From positions 416,001 through 480,000 of the forward strand of contig OY970192.1 in assembly GCA_963708135.1 (NCBI GenBank): 64,000 bases of DNA, written 5' to 3'. A model generated the notes under the pieces. The model was not told the origin of the DNA and did not search any database. It worked only from the letters and a program-made list of their open reading frames with translations. The position numbers and the translations under genes were made by a program. Shown in pieces: positions 60,684 through 64,000 of the stretch (its first letter is position 1; each line of letters starts with the position of its first letter). Origin of the DNA: an uncultured Gemmatimonadales bacterium (lineage in GTDB: Bacteria; Gemmatimonadota; Gemmatimonadetes; Longimicrobiales; RSA9).

Positions 60684-62543
60684 ATGAGCGCGAGCACCGC
60701 GGCACCCGCCGCATCCACCCGCCCCGAGGACATCGCGAAGGGGCTCTTCCCGCACCAGGTCGAGGGCGTGGCGTTCCTGCTGCGCCGGCGGCGGGCGATC
60801 CTGGCCGACGACATGGGGCTGGGCAAGACCCGTCAGGCCATCACGGCCCTCAAGGTCGAGGAGCCGGCCGGGCCCTACCTCGTCGTCTGCCCGGCCAGCG
60901 TCAAGCGCAACTGGGAGCGCGAGATCCGCACGGTGCTGCCCGGCGCCGCGGTCCGCATTCTCGGCAGCGGCGCCGACGGCGGAGGCGGGCTGCCGGGCGC
61001 GGAATGGGTCGTCGTCAACTACGACATCCTGAAGCGGCACGAGGCCGCCCTCGCCGCCGCGCCGTGGGCCGGCGTGATCGTGGACGAGGCGCACTACCTC
61101 CGCAACCAGAAGAGCCAGCGCAGCGCGAGCGCGCGCCGGATCGTTGGCGCGCTAAGCGACCCGGTCGTCTACATGCTTACCGGCACGCCGCTGGCCAACC
61201 GCCCGCGCGACCTCTTCGCGCTGCTGCAGCTGGCCGGCCACCCGCTCGGGCGCAGCTTCCTGAGCTACGCCAGGCGCTACTGCGCCGCGTACCGCAACGA
61301 GTGGGGCTGGGTCACCGACGGCGCCTCGAACCTGGAGGAGCTCGCCGTCGAGCTGCAGGGCCTCATGCTGCGGCGCACCAAGGACGAGGTGCTCGAGCTG
61401 CCGCCCAAGCTGCGCACGTGGCTGCCGGTCGAGGTGCCCGACGGCACCGGACGCGACCAGGCCGCCGCCGTCGTCCGCCACCTCCTCGCCGCGCGCGGCA
61501 TCGGCCGGCTCACCGCGCGCGACCGCGACGCCGGCGGCCCCGGCGGCCGCACCCGCCTGCTCGCGACGCTGTCGACGCTCCGCCGCACGCTCGCCGTGGC
61601 CAAGGTCCCGGCCACGCTCGAGCTGGTCGAGGGCGCCGTCGACCAGGGCGAGAAGGTCATCGTCTTCAGCGGCTTCGACGAGCCCGTCCAGCGCATCGCC
61701 GGCCACTTCGGCGATGCCGCCGTCCGCCTCACCGGCGCCACGCCCGCCGGGAAGCGGCAGGAGCTCGTGGACCGGTTCCAATGCGACGATGGCGCGCGCG
61801 TCTTCGTCGCCAACCTCATTGCCGGCGGCGTCGGGCTCAACCTCACCGCCGCCCGGCAGGTCGTCTTCAACGACCTCGACTGGGTCCCCTCCAACCACTG
61901 GCAGGCCGAGGACCGCGCCTACCGCATCGGCCAGACGAACACCGTGCACGTGACCTACGTGGTCGCGGCGGCCACCGCCGACGACTTCGTGCGGAGCGTC
62001 CTCCAGACCAAGTCCCGCCTCATCGACGCCGTCGTGGACGGCGGCGCCGCGGACGAGGGTGCCGCCTCCGGCGACGTCCTATCCGAGCTCGAGCGCCTCC
62101 TCTCCGCGCTGTCCCCCGGGCTTGCGGATACCCGCCCCGACGACCTGTCGGCGGAGGATGTCGCGGCGCTGCTCCGGGATGCCGCCGCCCTTGCCGAAGT
62201 TGGTCGTGCCGAAGTTGGTCGTGCCGGTGTAGGTCGTGCCGGTTCTGGTCGTGCCGGTGTAAGTATTGCCCCCGTTAGCGGTTCAAATCCCCCCACCCCC
62301 GCCATGCTCCACGCCCTCGCCCTCCTCCGCGATGCGCTCCGCGGCCCCGCGCCGACCCGCTACACCTGTGACAGCAGCTCCGGCCGCGGGACGTACGACC
62401 TCGTCGTGGATGCCTCCGGCGACGTCGCCTGCTCCTGCCCCGGCTTCTCCTACCGCGGCGCGTGCAGCCACGCCCGCGCGCTGAAGCAGGCGCTGGTGAG
62501 GGGCGGGGAGCTGCCGGCGGCGTACAGGGCCGTCGAGAGCTGA
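60684..62543 (+). CDS. SNF2-family helicase with C-terminal SWIM zinc finger
   Basis: LADDMGLGKT, DEAH, LTGTP, GLNLT, QAEDRAYRIGQ; CSCPGF..RG.CSH; GAGGA RBS. Confidence 0.93.
   Translation: MSASTAAPAASTRPEDIAKGLFPHQVEGVAFLLRRRRAILADDMGLGKTRQAITALKVEEPAGPYLVVCPASVKRNWEREIRTVLPGAAVRILGSGADGGGGLPGAEWVVVNYDILKRHEAALAAAPWAGVIVDEAHYLRNQKSQRSASARRIVGALSDPVVYMLTGTPLANRPRDLFALLQLAGHPLGRSFLSYARRYCAAYRNEWGWVTDGASNLEELAVELQGLMLRRTKDEVLELPPKLRTWLPVEVPDGTGRDQAAAVVRHLLAARGIGRLTARDRDAGGPGGRTRLLATLSTLRRTLAVAKVPATLELVEGAVDQGEKVIVFSGFDEPVQRIAGHFGDAAVRLTGATPAGKRQELVDRFQCDDGARVFVANLIAGGVGLNLTAARQVVFNDLDWVPSNHWQAEDRAYRIGQTNTVHVTYVVAAATADDFVRSVLQTKSRLIDAVVDGGAADEGAASGDVLSELERLLSALSPGLADTRPDDLSAEDVAALLRDAAALAEVGRAEVGRAGVGRAGSGRAGVSIAPVSGSNPPTPAMLHALALLRDALRGPAPTRYTCDSSSGRGTYDLVVDASGDVACSCPGFSYRGACSHARALKQALVRGGELPAAYRAVES
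62192..62260 (+). repeat. In-frame 15-bp tandem repeat (AEVGR/AGVGR)
   Basis: GCCGAAGTTGGTCGT-type units, about 4 copies. Confidence 0.85.
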
Positions 62544-62565
62544 GCCGGTCGCCGGCGTGGGCGGT

Positions 62566-62769
62566 GGTGTGTGGCGCCATCGCCGCCCACCCGGCGCCGA
62601 GGGGCGTCCGGGCCGCCGATCGAGGGCGTCCCGGGGTCTGCGCCGCGCCCGGGCGCGCGGTGGGCGGTGCGTGGCGTCATCGCCGCCCACCCGGCGCCGA
62701 CGGGCGTCCGGGCCGCCCGCTTGAGGGTGTCCCGGGGTCTGCGCCGCGCCCGGGCGCGTGCGGTGGGCG
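62566..62769. repeat. Two diverged ~100-bp tandem copies
   Basis: CATCGCCGCCCACCCGGCGCCGA...GTCCCGGGGTCTGCGCCGCGCCCGGGCGCG present twice. Confidence 0.88.
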
Positions 62770-63017
62770 GGGAGCCCGCCGCGCCCGGGTCGCCCGGAGC
62801 CGGCGTCGCCTGGCCGATCATGTTGTTGGATCGTTCACCCACGGCCGCCGCGGCAGGGCGACGGATCCACCGGCCCGAGCGGCTGAACCTGGGTGTGCAA
62901 GGTGGCCGAGCCCGTGATGGACTACGACGACGAGCAGTAGCCACGCCTCGCGCCGCCCCGCCCTGCCGGCCGGGCTCGGCGGACACAAAATGCCAATCGT
63001 CGCGGCTCCAGGCGTCG

Positions 63018-63158
63018 ATTGCGTTTCCTGTACGCTATCCGCACACAATCGACCATGCGTCCGCCCGCGCGCCGGACGCGTGCCGCATCTCGTCCGCATG
63101 GCGTACACGATCCGCCAGGCGCGCATGGGAACGCGGCGGTTGGTCAATTGTGTCCGCC
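63018..63158. repeat. Degenerate direct repeat, right copy
   Basis: Matches 57975-58115. Confidence 0.8.
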
Positions 63159-63220
63159 CGCGCGCGCCGGGGAGCCGACATGTTGTCCGCGTCCACCGAG
63201 GCAGAAGCCGAGTGGGTGTT

Positions 63221-63321
63221 CGGGATCCGGGATGTGGGATGCGGGATCCGTGATGCGGGATGCGGGATCCGGATCCGGGATCCGGGATCCGTGATGCGGG
63301 ATGCGGGATACGGGATGCGGG
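63221..63321. repeat. Heptamer microsatellite (CGGGATS)n
   Basis: Read directly; followed by (CCCCG)n at 63540-63665 and (CCCCGAG)n at 63752-63810. Confidence 0.9.
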
Positions 63322-63882
63322 AGATCGAGCTCGCCGGGCCGGCGGGAGGCGAGCACGATCGCGCAGCCGAGACAGCCCGGACCATCCCGACCGCGATTCG
63401 TCTCGGAAACCGAGCAGAAGTGGGATCCGGCGACGTCGCCGCCGCGCCCGTTGCGCGTTTGTTCTCGGATACCGAGCAAAATCGGGATCCCGGCGGCCGC
63501 CGACGCTTCCATCGGCCGATTTCACTCGGCCCGCCGCGCGGCCCCCCCGGCAGCCTGCAGGCCCCGCCCGGGCCCCGCCCCACGCGCCGCCCCCGCCCCG
63601 CCCGCCCCGCCCCCCGCGCCGCCCCCGCCCCGCCCGCCCCGCCCCCCGCCCGCACCCCGCCCCCCGAGTGGGCGAGTGGGAGACCGGGCGACGCTCCCGG
63701 CGCCCGCGCGTGCGGCGGCCACCACCCCGCGCTCCCCGCACCCCGCATCCCGCCCCGAGCCCCGAGCCCCAAGCCCCGAGCCCCGAGCCCGAGCCCCGAG
63801 CCCCGAGCCTCGATCCCACTGTCACCCCCCCTCCCCATCTTCCCACCTGCACGCCGGCACCGACCCCGAACCCGAGGGCACC

Positions 63883-64000
63883 ATGAACACGCAGCTCCTG
63901 CTCGACCACGAGCCCCGCGCCGACGGCGCCACGCTCGTGCGCGCGCTGCTCCGCGTCACGGGCAGCGCGCCCGCCGACGCGGATCGCGCCCGCCTCAACC
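63883..64000 (+). CDS. Start of a probable VWA-domain protein (runs off the window)
   Basis: GAGG RBS; MNTQLLLDHEPRADGATLVRALLRVTGSAPADADRARLN resembles the segment preceding the L.LVLDRSGSM motif. Confidence 0.6.
   Translation, partial: MNTQLLLDHEPRADGATLVRALLRVTGSAPADADRARLN

Noticed and set aside
62280..62304. tRNA 3'-end/att remnant GGTTCAAATCCCCCCACCCCCGCCA
   Set aside because: The T-stem pairs poorly, there is no D or anticodon arm, it lies in frame in the helicase linker, and no integrase is present; probably chance
62818..63909. ORFs across the 62.8-63.9 kb region
   Set aside because: They translate microsatellites (SRIP/DAG repeats) and show no protein-like signal

Overview
A 64-kb, very GC-rich bacterial chromosomal segment; the gene content suggests Gemmatimonadota (inference). 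The core genes are a TonB-dependent receptor, di-haem cytochrome c, ABC permease, OsmC, DUF2207/LemA, a GNAT-HDAC fusion, a VPS10/BNR hydrolase, sucA, an M23 peptidase, a Spy/CpxP-like protein, mutS-tonB-cbs-ddl-rhomboid, an EF-G2-type fusA paralogue, DoxX and a K+-independent membrane pyrophosphatase. These are followed by an imuA-imuB-dnaE2 mutagenesis cassette extended by VOC, aldo-keto reductase and PA0069-type radical SAM genes. The last 16 kb look accessory: a self-contained sigma-54 module, a 169-bp hairpin array, an AT-richer peptidoglycan-binding gene, a VWA pseudogene, mazEF, a truncated WYL regulator, a SEC-C protein, a SNF2-SWIM helicase and the start of a second VWA gene. The most striking unexplained signals are: (1) a ~260-290-bp element bounded by inverted (GGGAGAGT)n ends that sits in frame inside imuB and dnaE2 and in the cassette's intergenic DNA; (2) a complete sigma-54 mini-regulon with identical 17-bp enhancers, bracketed by copies of an 84-bp hairpin; (3) a SEC-C + SNF2-SWIM unit bracketed by gap-free ~130-bp direct repeats next to a broken WYL gene. 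No tRNA, rRNA, CRISPR array, transposase or integrase is supported. All protein assignments come from reading motifs, not from database searches.
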